Below, piece after piece: positions 7,231-15,497 of a stretch of 55,591 nucleotides of DNA. The stretch spans positions 1 to 55,591 of the IMG/VR virus record IMGVR_UViG_3300032237_001108. One strand, written 5' to 3'. Both the position numbers and the translations under genes were made by a program. The stretch is from a virus. Position 1 is the first letter of the stretch; every line of letters starts with the position of its first letter. Under the pieces are notes generated by a model, which ran no database searches, had not been told where the DNA came from, and saw only the letters and a program-made list of their open reading frames with translations.

Positions 7231-8474
7231 CTACGCGGAGTTTTCCCGGCTCGCCAGAATCAGCACCGCGCCGGCCTGCGCAGCGGCAAACGCTCGCCCC
7301 TGCACTGCATCAGACGGCACCCGCAGCGCCACGACCTCCCCAGCCTCTGACGCGAACTCACGCACCCGGCCCACGGCGCCGGCCTTGGCCACCAGGAACC
7401 CGCCCCAGTGGCTCGCATCCACCCGGTAGGGGGCCAGCAGGATCGCATCCTCGGCCGCCCAGCAAAGCCGCGGCGGTGGGGTGACGCCTCGGCCCTGGGC
7501 CTCCAGATCGGCCAGCCATGGGCCATCCAACACGAATCCCGGCAGGAGATTTCGCTCCAGCAGTTCCAGCAGGGCGGCGCCGGCCTCACTGGGGGGCCTG
7601 GGGGCTTCCGCCACATCGGCCCAGAAAGTGAAATCGCGCAGGCTGTAGGGCTCTGGTCGGGCTTCGCGGTTGCGGTTGGCCTCGGCGAGGATCAGGGCGA
7701 TCTGCGCGGTGCTCTGTTCCTCCCGGTGAAGCCGCTCCCTTTCGGCCGCGTAACCCGCCGCGAGGGCCTGGAGGACATAGCCGCCGGGGAGCTTGCCGAA
7801 GCGCTCGCGGCTGAACTCGGCGGCGCCGGGCCAGAGTCTGCGGCATTCCCAGTAAGCGCGGGGCCAGTCGGGTCGGTCGCAATCGAGTCGCTGACCTCCT
7901 GCAACTTTCCCAGCTCCTCCTCCAGCGCCTGCATCTGAGCCGCGGGATCCTGCTGGTGCCCGGCGCCAGCCAGCTCCTCTTGCTGCTCAAAGGCGTGCAG
8001 CAGGGTCAGCAGGGGGCCGGGGAGGCGACGGGTCTGCTCATCGGTCCAGGCCGGGCGGATCCGGTTCAGGATCACGGTAACGCCCCGGATCGTGACACGG
8101 TTCGTGATCGCTCTGGCCTCCTCCAGGAAGGGGCCGATGATCCCGGCATGAAGCACCTGAACCGCTTCCTCCTTGGGACTCATGCGGCCGATTTTGGCGC
8201 CCTGCTCTTGGGCCAGCAGACGGGTGAGCAAGCCATAGCAGCGGTGAGCGGTGAACTCATCGGACTGCACAGCCTGATGAAGCTCCACGGCGGCAGCGGT
8301 GATCAGGCGATAGAGCGCGTTCTGAGGATCCACCGCCCGAATCCCTTGCATCTCATCCACCGTCAGGTAGCCCAGCCGGGGCAGAATCATTTCCCCACCA
8401 TTCCACGCGATCGTGGCGGTCGGCTGCTCGGGGGCCTGGGGTGCTGTTTCCCAGGGGAGAAGATCAAAGCTCAC
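7231..8474 (-). CDS. Predicted -1 frameshift fusion product (GT-like)
   Basis: The -1 frame is open from about 7990 to the stop at 7231. It reads as good protein (..RLDCDRPDWPRAYWECRRLWPGAAEFSRERFGKLPGGYVLQALAAGYAAERERLHREEQ..) but has no ATG/GTG/TTG until 7614. It is therefore reachable only by slipping at GGGAAAG. Confidence 0.55.
7239..7248 (-). promoter_or_regulatory. Motif I copy 3 (CGGGAAAACT)
   Basis: Exact 10-mer, 25 nt upstream of ATG 7213. It lies inside the last codons (SRENSA*) of the upstream frameshift product. Confidence 0.6.
7692..8474 (-). CDS. Zero-frame product of the frameshift pair (tail assembly chaperone G-like)
   Basis: 260 aa ORF. The sequence after the slippery site (SDSIATDPTGPALTGNAADSGPAPPSS...) is low complexity, consistent with a non-conserved zero-frame tail. 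Confidence 0.55.
   Translation of the reverse strand: MSFDLLPWETAPQAPEQPTATIAWNGGEMILPRLGYLTVDEMQGIRAVDPQNALYRLITAAAVELHQAVQSDEFTAHRCYGLLTRLLAQEQGAKIGRMSPKEEAVQVLHAGIIGPFLEEARAITNRVTIRGVTVILNRIRPAWTDEQTRRLPGPLLTLLHAFEQQEELAGAGHQQDPAAQMQALEEELGKLQEVSDSIATDPTGPALTGNAADSGPAPPSSAASASASSPAAMSSRPSRRVTRPKGSGFTGRNRAPRRSP
7905..7911 (-). other. -1 slippery heptamer G GGA AAG
   Basis: Minus strand reads CTG GGA AAG TTG in the zero frame, an X XXY YYZ heptamer identical to the lambda G/GT site. Confidence 0.55.
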
Positions 8475-8971
8475 TGCAGTTTGCGCCAGGCTTGGATGAA
8501 TGATGCCCGGTATTGCTCGCGGTAGTCATAGGGCTCAAGGCCGGGGATTCTGATGGTCCCGAGCACCGCGTCAGTCCAGGGACGGGCGGGCAGGTTGACG
8601 AGGGGGCGGGTCTTGTCACCCCAGGGATGAATGTTGGCGCCGTAGTGAACCGCCGTGGCATAGCCCACGGCCCAGCGAAAGGTGCAGAGGCTGCCGGTGA
8701 TCTGGAAGCTATTGGAAGCACGCAGGGTGCCCAGGTCCACGATGTTGCGAGGCGAGCCCACCGGCCGGCCCTTGGTGCGGCTGCCATCACGCCGGAAGGT
8801 TCCCCCGCGCATGGTCACCCGCGGCCACGGCCACACCTTCGAGCCCAGGGCGTCCTGAAAGGCGCTGTTGAGCTCCGGGAACACGATCCGCGCTGCTGCC
8901 TCCGATGCCCGCTGCGCACGGCTGAGCGTGGCTGGGTTGACGCGCACGGTGGCCCTGGTCGCGAGCTTCAT
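8471..8971 (-). CDS. HK97 gp10-like neck/tail-completion protein
   Basis: 166 aa. PRNIVDLGTLRASNSFQITGSLCTFRWAVGYATAVHYGANI resembles the IVDTG.LR.S...YA..V..G signature of the gp10 family. Confidence 0.5.
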   Translation of the reverse strand: MKLATRATVRVNPATLSRAQRASEAAARIVFPELNSAFQDALGSKVWPWPRVTMRGGTFRRDGSRTKGRPVGSPRNIVDLGTLRASNSFQITGSLCTFRWAVGYATAVHYGANIHPWGDKTRPLVNLPARPWTDAVLGTIRIPGLEPYDYREQYRASFIQAWRKLQ

Positions 8972-9438
8972 CGGCCGGCCGCCCAGGTGCCGGTGAACTC
9001 GTCGCCGGCCTCAACGCGGATCAGGGCGTCAATGCCGCCGACGCCTGAGAGGGTGGCGATGGTGACCCAACCGCGCTCCGCTTCGGTGGTGGTCGGCAGG
9101 CTGGCCAGGTCGCCCATGAAGGCCTCCAGCTTCTCGCCGCGGGGAAACCCTGTGGGCCGCAGGCCGGTATCGGTCCAGCTCCAGGCGGTTCCCGCGTCCA
9201 GCCAGCCGGCACCGGAGGGCACCACAGCCCAGCGGGTGATGTTGCCCTCAATGCTGCCGGAGCCGATGGAGCGCCCGCCGGAGGGTTGCTCACCGCCGGG
9301 GCCCTGCACCTCGGCGAAGGCCTCGATCACCACCAGATCAGTGGCCCGCTGCAGTCCCTCCCGCAGGCTGGTTGCCGCTGCGGTGGGGCGGCGCCAGAGG
9401 AGGCGGAGGTTCGCGAAGTCGGCGAAGGGGGTGGCCAT
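8968..9438 (-). CDS. Hypothetical virion (head-tail joining?) protein
   Basis: 156 aa. Its start lies 3 nt after the ARP-2 stop in the CTAACCCATGGCCACC context, and it has a 4-nt overlap with the next gene. Confidence 0.5.
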   Translation of the reverse strand: MATPFADFANLRLLWRRPTAAATSLREGLQRATDLVVIEAFAEVQGPGGEQPSGGRSIGSGSIEGNITRWAVVPSGAGWLDAGTAWSWTDTGLRPTGFPRGEKLEAFMGDLASLPTTTEAERGWVTIATLSGVGGIDALIRVEAGDEFTGTWAAGR

Positions 9439-9441
9439 GGG

Positions 9442-11580
9442 TTAGGGCTTTGGCTTGCGGGGCTTGCGGGGCTGCGCTGGCTCCTGCGCCAGTTGAAGCG
9501 CCTGCCGAATGGTGTCCTTGTCCAACAAGTTGCCAGACTTGACGCCTACTCCGTCTATCCCTTGAGATTTGATGAACTTTCGCTTGCTGTAATAGTTAAA
9601 CACCGCTTGCGCTTGCTGCTTTGTAATGCCGCCAAGTTTCTGTATCTGACCTGTCAACGCCTGCTCCGCTTGCACTCTCCTGCTGGCAATGTCCCTAAGC
9701 GCTGAGCGGGTTTCCTGGGGGAGCCTTGAGGGGCTGCGCGTTGGCTTTTGTGCTGCCGTCTTGCGCTTTGGCTTTTGATTTTCGCCGGATGGCTTGCGAT
9801 CGGGGCGAGGCTGAGCGGTTGGAGCCGGGATGCCGGGGCGAGACTGCGGAACGAACCCTTTGGGGAGAACGCTGCTGGTCATGCCCCTCTGCGGGCCGAT
9901 CCGTTTCACCCCACGCAGGAACTCAACTGCTCGCGTTGCGGTCACCTGGCCAATCGCTGCCCGGCCAGCCTGCTTCTTCGTTTCCGGCTGTGCCTTGATG
10001 CTCCGGTTGTAGTTGGCGATTGCCCTGGCCTCGGCTCGCTGCTTTTGCCCTTGCCTTCCGGCACCCTTCCTCCCCGCAATCGCCCCCACCTTCAACCCCT
10101 TCGGCTTCGCCACCGTCCCTGCCGGCCGTGCGGCCTTCATCCGGGGCCCGGCGCCCTTGGGACTGGGCTTGCGGGGGGTAGGCGCGGACTTTGCCAGGTA
10201 GTCAGCGAAATCAAGTCCTGTTTTTGTAAGCGCTGATTGCTCAAAATAGGCTCCATCCGGGCCAACGAGCCGACGCCTGCCATTTTGCACTTGGACTCTG
10301 TAACCCTTTTTGACAAAATCCTCAATAAGCGCTTGGCGAAATACGCCATTGCCATTATTTACCGTGTATTTTTCAAGGGCTGCGTTGGCTTTTGCTCTTT
10401 GCATCGGCGGCATTGAAGCCATGAAGTCTTTTCGTCGCTGCTCGCTGGCAGCGGCTTTAGCGTTAGCTGCCTTCTCTGCAGCGCTAAGCTGCTTTGGTGG
10501 AAACTTTTGCCGCCCTGGCTCTAGCGAATAACTTGGATCGAGTTTGAAGATTTTATCCCTTGCGGCTTTTCTGACTTCCAATGAATTGGAGCCGTTGTAG
10601 ATTATTTTTTCTAAATCAGCTTTTTGGCTTGCAATACTCTTGGGTGCGACTGGCTTTCCTTTTCGTGCAACCACCGTCCCCGCCGCTCTCCGCATAGCAC
10701 CCCCCAGTGCAGACCTGTCCGAGAACGACCGCGCCTTGCGGACCCTCACGTTGTCGGCCTTGCCGCTCAGGAGGTTGCCTTGGGCGACCGCTGCGGTCCT
10801 GATCCGTGCCGATCCCTTGGTTCCGGTCTTGACCCCATCGCCTGCGTATCGGCCGCCGTTGTACGACTTGCTGGCTGTGCTCTTTGTTGCCGCAGCCCGA
10901 TTCAGGTAAGCCTTGCCAGCTTCGGCCCTGGTCCTGAACGTGACGCGGCCACCGCCCTGCTTGGCCGGGTCATAACTGCCGGCCCTCATGCGGGCGTTTT
11001 GCGCCGTGCTGCGGACCCCGAAACGCTGCTTTGCGGTCTGCGCCTCTGCCCGCTGAAACTCGCTGAGCGTGGCCCGAGTGCCGACCTGGCTGGATGCCAG
11101 CGTTCTGTCCGTCTTCGGCTTGTAGCCCGCCGCCGCCGACCTTCCCCGCTTGTAGTTCTTGGGCGCCGCTGCCACCGGCTTGGCCGTGGTCACGCGCCCC
11201 CGCAGTTGGGACACGGCGCCACCCTTCCGAATCACCCCCGCCGGCCCCTTTCCAGTCATCCGCACCGTGGAGGCAGCCCGCACCTTCCCGAGCCGGTTCG
11301 CGCCCCTGGTGACCGCCCCTCTCTGCGCCCGCAGGCTCAGCGTGCCCTGCAAGCTGCGATCAGCCGGGTTCTTGGCGGCCAACTTGGCGCGGCTGCGGCG
11401 GAGGCTGCTGTGAGCCCCCAGCGTGCCGCCGGTGACCGTGGGCCGGGCCTTCCGCATGGCCGCCCGCCTGGTGGCCGGGGTGCTGCGCTTCGGGGGGCCA
11501 CCGCCGGGAGTTGAGGCAAAGCGCCCGCTGTTGTCGCGCACGTAGTTGGAGCGCCTGCCTCTACTGCCGCCGCGGGCCAT
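9442..11580 (-). CDS. Arginine-rich paralog ARP-2 (712 aa)
   Basis: MARGGSRGRRSNYVRDNSGRFASTPGGGPPKRSTPATRRAAMRK... Hinge RPAGTVAKPKGLKVGA at 10081-10128. AT-richer globular islands near 10200-10640 and 9480-9700. Confidence 0.7.
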   Translation of the reverse strand: MARGGSRGRRSNYVRDNSGRFASTPGGGPPKRSTPATRRAAMRKARPTVTGGTLGAHSSLRRSRAKLAAKNPADRSLQGTLSLRAQRGAVTRGANRLGKVRAASTVRMTGKGPAGVIRKGGAVSQLRGRVTTAKPVAAAPKNYKRGRSAAAGYKPKTDRTLASSQVGTRATLSEFQRAEAQTAKQRFGVRSTAQNARMRAGSYDPAKQGGGRVTFRTRAEAGKAYLNRAAATKSTASKSYNGGRYAGDGVKTGTKGSARIRTAAVAQGNLLSGKADNVRVRKARSFSDRSALGGAMRRAAGTVVARKGKPVAPKSIASQKADLEKIIYNGSNSLEVRKAARDKIFKLDPSYSLEPGRQKFPPKQLSAAEKAANAKAAASEQRRKDFMASMPPMQRAKANAALEKYTVNNGNGVFRQALIEDFVKKGYRVQVQNGRRRLVGPDGAYFEQSALTKTGLDFADYLAKSAPTPRKPSPKGAGPRMKAARPAGTVAKPKGLKVGAIAGRKGAGRQGQKQRAEARAIANYNRSIKAQPETKKQAGRAAIGQVTATRAVEFLRGVKRIGPQRGMTSSVLPKGFVPQSRPGIPAPTAQPRPDRKPSGENQKPKRKTAAQKPTRSPSRLPQETRSALRDIASRRVQAEQALTGQIQKLGGITKQQAQAVFNYYSKRKFIKSQGIDGVGVKSGNLLDKDTIRQALQLAQEPAQPRKPRKPKP

Positions 11581-11601
11581 GGGATCGGGGTCTACTGCCG
11601 C

Positions 11602-11611
11602 AGTTTTCCCG
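11602..11611 (-). promoter_or_regulatory. Motif I copy 4 (CGGGAAAACT)
   Basis: Exact 10-mer, 21 nt upstream of ATG 11580 (ARP-2); followed by GCGGCAGTAG. Confidence 0.6.
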
Positions 11612-11622
11612 CGTCCCCCTGC

Positions 11623-12138
11623 TCAGCTCCGCAACAGCATCCCCACGCCGCCGGCTGCACCCTGCGGGGCCAGGCGCTGCACGTTGAGGGCTTGGGCAAT
11701 GCGTGCGGTCAGCAGCTCGATCCGCTCATCCCGCTGCCCCTGCGCCGTGGCCCTGGCGCCGCCGCCGAAGCGATACCGGGCCTTGAGCAGGGAGGTGTCC
11801 CAAGAGAGCTTGCCGGCCTGGCTGAGCTGCTGGGCCCGTGTGGGGGAGGTGCCGGGGATCGGGCCGTCGTATTCCTCGGCATTGCCCAGGTGGGCGGTGC
11901 CTGCATCGATCTCATCGGCCTGGGTCGTCTCCAGGGTCACGATCTCGTCCACCCACCCCTGAACCTGCGTCACGGTGGAGGAGCTCAGCCCTGCAACCGT
12001 GTTCATCTGCTGGATCAGCTCCGTCAGGCTGCCATCGGTCGCGGGCCAGCCGATGTAGGTGCGGATCAGGTCGCGATCGTTGCGGGTGCTGGTGGCCGTG
12101 GGGCGCCAGAGCGGGTCAAGGGTTGGCAGGGTGGCCAT
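11623..12138 (-). CDS. Hypothetical virion-module protein (171 aa)
   Basis: ORF with its own motif I copy and a CC-ATG-GCC start context. No family recognised. Confidence 0.55.
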   Translation of the reverse strand: MATLPTLDPLWRPTATSTRNDRDLIRTYIGWPATDGSLTELIQQMNTVAGLSSSTVTQVQGWVDEIVTLETTQADEIDAGTAHLGNAEEYDGPIPGTSPTRAQQLSQAGKLSWDTSLLKARYRFGGGARATAQGQRDERIELLTARIAQALNVQRLAPQGAAGGVGMLLRS

Positions 12139-12152
12139 GGATCAGGACGCGC

Positions 12153-12401
12153 TCAGGCTGCCGTGAGTTTTCCCGCAGCCGGATCTTCCAGGCCCACGCG
12201 GGGGCCGTGGAGGCTGCCGAACCAGAACCGGCCCTGCGGGTCAAGGCTATTGCTCAGCAGCCGCAGGATCTGCTCTCCCTCGTGGTCATCGGTGACGGTG
12301 GCCAGCATCCGCAGGCCCTGCTGAGCGGCGGCAGCATCGCGGCGGAGGGCAGCGACACTGAGGGCTTGGAACAGGCGAAGGGTGGGGCTGCGGGTGGGCA
12401 T
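12153..12401 (-). CDS. Hypothetical 82-aa protein
   Basis: Start moved to ATG 12401 (MPTRSPTLRLFQALS...). The track start at 12434 is a TTG. Confidence 0.45.
   Translation of the reverse strand: MPTRSPTLRLFQALSVAALRRDAAAAQQGLRMLATVTDDHEGEQILRLLSNSLDPQGRFWFGSLHGPRVGLEDPAAGKLTAA
12166..12175 (-). promoter_or_regulatory. Motif I copy 5 (CGGGAAAACT)
   Basis: Exact 10-mer, 27 nt upstream of ATG 12138. It overlaps the last codons (AAGKLTAA*) of the upstream ORF. Confidence 0.6.
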
Positions 12402-12461
12402 GGGTGGCTGAAGGGGTGGATCAGGAGTGGTCAAGGGATGGTCAAGGGGTGGAGGGGTGGA

Positions 12462-13952
12462 TCACTTGACGGGCTTGTAGCGCTTGAGCCTCTTGGGCTT
12501 GCCCATCAGGGAGAGCTGGCTCATGCCAGTGTCTACGGCGCGGATGCGGGGGTTTTTCCGCATGATGCCAAACCCCAAAACGCCGGTTCTGACCCTGTTC
12601 AACGTGATCTCCCGCCGCCGCCGCTGCGACGCCCTCGCCTGGCTGCGAGTCCTGGCCACGGTTGTGGACACCTTCGCTTCCCGCTTCGGCTTGGAGATGG
12701 TCCCTTTGATTCTTGCGGCGCGAGCAAAACCCTTGCGCGAGGTGCCGTATCCCAATTCCCGGCGACTCCAGGCGCCGCCCCTTATTGCGTCCCTAGACAA
12801 TTTCGGCCTCTGCGCTTTCGCTTTTGCGGCTGCTGATTGATTGCCTTCTTGAATCCTGTCGCGTGCGGTCATTGCGTCCCTGCGGGCCTTGATCCGCGCC
12901 TTGTCCTGCCCGAGGTCATTAAACCGGCCGGGCTTGTTCCTGTTCGGCTTTTGCGTGCTGTATCGCGGCGGCTTTGTCATAGCCTTGCGCACAGAAGCAA
13001 AGGCTTCGGGCTGGCTCATCTGATTAAGCATCCCTACGCTGCCCCCTTCTTTCCTTGCCAGGAAAGACTTTGCCCTTGTTCCCACTTGGATAGCATTAAG
13101 GCGCTTGACGCCTGTTTTTTGTTCTGCGCCACGAACTACATTGTTGAGCCGGCCAATAACTCGTGACACCCTGCCATCGTCTACCCTCGCCTTTCTTTTT
13201 CCACGTGCTGGCTTTGCTGCAGTGCGGGCGGCTTTGGCCTGTTTGGGGGCGGCGAGCTTTGCGGTGGTCGCCTTCCGCCGCCCACGGGAAACGGTGCCAG
13301 GGATTGCGGGGGCCTTGGCCTTGCGCGAGCTTCCACCGATCGGTGACCCGATAGCGGTTCTGGCCCTGAGTGCTTTTATTGTTTTCTTTGTCCTTGCCGT
13401 GTCGATGTATTGAATGTCGCTTGTGCCCATCCGAAAGGCTCGCCTCATAAAGGCAAGCGTTGCAATTCTATTGTTTACTCCAAACTTTTGCTGTATGGCT
13501 TGAATGCCCTCTTTATAGCCTTTTGCAATTCTCCCGTTTAGCAGCAACGTGGGATCGTTGAACGTGTCACGTGCTCGTTGCGCCGCAGATCGCTGCGGCG
13601 CTGACAGCTTGACCGACTTTTGAGGCTTAACCGCCCCCTTCCTAGCCTTCCCCATCGCCCCCGGATCCCGCCGCACCCGGCCGCGCATGGTCCCCGCCAG
13701 CGGCGCCCGCTTCATCCGATCCAGCACCGCCCCCCGCTGATTCCCGGCGGCGGTCCTGAGGCGGCCACCCCGAGCTGTGGCGCCGTTCTTGCCCACGCCG
13801 GTGATCTTGCCGCTGTTGTCCCTGGTGATCCGGTTCGTGCCCCGCTGCGCTCGCCGGGCGGCGGGCTTGGCCTTGGCCGTGGTGGTGCCAGTCGAGGCGA
13901 AACGTCCCTTGCCATCACGGACATAGGTGCGGCGGGCGGATCTTCGGGCCAT
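12462..13952 (-). CDS. Arginine-rich paralog ARP-3 (496 aa)
   Basis: MARRSARRTYVRDGKGRFASTG...NRITRDNSGKITGVGKNGATARGGRLRTAAGNQRG. AT-richer island near 13380-13620. Confidence 0.7.
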   Translation of the reverse strand: MARRSARRTYVRDGKGRFASTGTTTAKAKPAARRAQRGTNRITRDNSGKITGVGKNGATARGGRLRTAAGNQRGAVLDRMKRAPLAGTMRGRVRRDPGAMGKARKGAVKPQKSVKLSAPQRSAAQRARDTFNDPTLLLNGRIAKGYKEGIQAIQQKFGVNNRIATLAFMRRAFRMGTSDIQYIDTARTKKTIKALRARTAIGSPIGGSSRKAKAPAIPGTVSRGRRKATTAKLAAPKQAKAARTAAKPARGKRKARVDDGRVSRVIGRLNNVVRGAEQKTGVKRLNAIQVGTRAKSFLARKEGGSVGMLNQMSQPEAFASVRKAMTKPPRYSTQKPNRNKPGRFNDLGQDKARIKARRDAMTARDRIQEGNQSAAAKAKAQRPKLSRDAIRGGAWSRRELGYGTSRKGFARAARIKGTISKPKREAKVSTTVARTRSQARASQRRRREITLNRVRTGVLGFGIMRKNPRIRAVDTGMSQLSLMGKPKRLKRYKPVK

Positions 13953-13972
13953 GGCGCTGACGGTGCTACCGC

Positions 13973-13982
13973 AGTTTTCCCG
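13973..13982 (-). promoter_or_regulatory. Motif I copy 6 (CGGGAAAACT)
   Basis: Exact 10-mer immediately after the TGA of ARP-4 and 20 nt upstream of ATG 13952 (ARP-3). Confidence 0.6.
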
Positions 13983-15455
13983 TCAGGGCTTGGGTCTTCT
14001 CACGCGGCTGCGGCGGCGTGGGGCAGGGTTTGGCGAGAGGCCCATGGCTTCTCGGTAGGCCCGCATCACCTGGAAGTCGTAGCGGCGGCCGGTCTTGAGG
14101 CCTGCGTAGGTTTCGGCAATGAACTCGGAGGGGCTGGTGGTGGCGTAGCGGCTGACGCGGTGAGCAAGCCTGGACATTTCATTGCCCCTTGCCACCCTGG
14201 CCTCTTGGCTTGGCCCCTTCTGCGTGGCTAACGCCCAGTATTGGCCAAACGGCGTAGATCGAGACAACAGATTCTTGTCCTTTGCGTGCCCCATTTCGTG
14301 GTAAAAGGTGTGCATAGGCGCAGAGCTTGATTTTGCCCCCCTTCTACGCTCTTGAATTGCAGACGCAGCAGGATTTACCCAACTGGTATGCGATCTATTG
14401 ATGGTCATTTGCTTTGTAACAGGGTTGTAACTCGCAACCGTACTACTGCCGCGACTGCTGTTGTATTTCACGGACAGCCCTTGACCTTCAAACATTGCCT
14501 TAGTCGCTTGCGCATTGGCAAGTCGAGCCTTCTTATCGTCATTCGTGGCTGATACTTGGTATCTCATGTTTGCAATACCAGCTTGATACGGATTCTCCCC
14601 CTTCCTCGGCCTTGCCATAGTCCCCACCGGCCGCGCCACCGCGTTCATCAGCTCCCCAGGCCTGAGGCGGCTGGTGGCGGGGCTGCGGAAGGCCTTGGGC
14701 TTCGGGGTGGCCTTGGGCTTGATCGCCCCTGGCTTGAGGCCCTTCGGCTTGGCGATGGTGCTACCAGGGCGAGCGGCGCGGGCCTTGAGGGTTGCCCGCC
14801 TGGGCGTGGTCATTGCCGCCCGAGCCCTCAGGCTGCGAGCGCTCGCCGCGGCGTCGGCGACGATCTGCCCCCGCTGCTGGGGGGTGAGCTTGTTCTTCCC
14901 TCGCGTCGGGCTGCTCCTCAGTCGCCCCACTTGGTCGTAGACGTTCTCCCGAACAAAGCGGGCATCCCCGCTGATCTTGTTGGCCCTGGTTAGCCGTGGG
15001 TAAGAGGGAACGGTCGCAGCCACACCAACGCCTGCCGCGGCAGTGGCGTAGGCCCTGCGAGCGGGCTTCTCAACGGTCTTCCACTGCTTGGCCAGCTTGT
15101 CCCGGTGCGCCTGGTCCGCTGCTGAGCGGTTGGCGATGCGTGAGGGAACCCGCGGGGCTGGCACTGCCCGCGCATTGCCGCTCCTGCTGACCACCCCCGC
15201 CAGCGGTGCCCGCTTCAGCTTTGCCGTCTGCGTCGCCCGCTGATTCCCTGCCCCAGTGCGGAGCCTGCCCCCTCGTGCGGTCGCCCCGTTCTTGCCGACC
15301 CCAACGATCCGGCCGGAGTTGTTGCGGCTGAGGCGGTTTGTGCCCCTGGTGGCCGCCTGCTTCGGGGCGGGGCGGGAGCGAGCCGTGCCGGTGCTGGCGA
15401 AGCGGCCCCGGTTGTCCCTGGCGTAGGTCCGCCTACCCCTGCTGCCGCCCGCCAT
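13983..15455 (-). CDS. Arginine-rich paralog ARP-4 (490 aa) with C-terminal zincin-like metallopeptidase domain
   Basis: MAGGSRGRRTYARDNRGRFASTG...NRLSRNNSGRIVGVGKNGATARGGRLRTGAGNQRA. Hinge GSTIAKPKGLKPGAI at 14721-14771. HTFYHEMGHAKD (HEMGH at 14286-14300) plus a downstream SEFIAETYAG gives an HExxH...E arrangement. Confidence 0.75.
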   Translation of the reverse strand: MAGGSRGRRTYARDNRGRFASTGTARSRPAPKQAATRGTNRLSRNNSGRIVGVGKNGATARGGRLRTGAGNQRATQTAKLKRAPLAGVVSRSGNARAVPAPRVPSRIANRSAADQAHRDKLAKQWKTVEKPARRAYATAAAGVGVAATVPSYPRLTRANKISGDARFVRENVYDQVGRLRSSPTRGKNKLTPQQRGQIVADAAASARSLRARAAMTTPRRATLKARAARPGSTIAKPKGLKPGAIKPKATPKPKAFRSPATSRLRPGELMNAVARPVGTMARPRKGENPYQAGIANMRYQVSATNDDKKARLANAQATKAMFEGQGLSVKYNSSRGSSTVASYNPVTKQMTINRSHTSWVNPAASAIQERRRGAKSSSAPMHTFYHEMGHAKDKNLLSRSTPFGQYWALATQKGPSQEARVARGNEMSRLAHRVSRYATTSPSEFIAETYAGLKTGRRYDFQVMRAYREAMGLSPNPAPRRRSRVRRPKP

Positions 15456-15476
15456 TGGAAACGCTGCTACTGCAGG

Positions 15477-15486
15477 AGTTTTCCCG
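15477..15486 (-). promoter_or_regulatory. Motif I copy 7 (CGGGAAAACT)
   Basis: Exact 10-mer, 21 nt upstream of ATG 15455 (ARP-4); followed by CCTGCAGTAG. Confidence 0.6.
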
Positions 15487-15497
15487 GCTTGCCTTGG

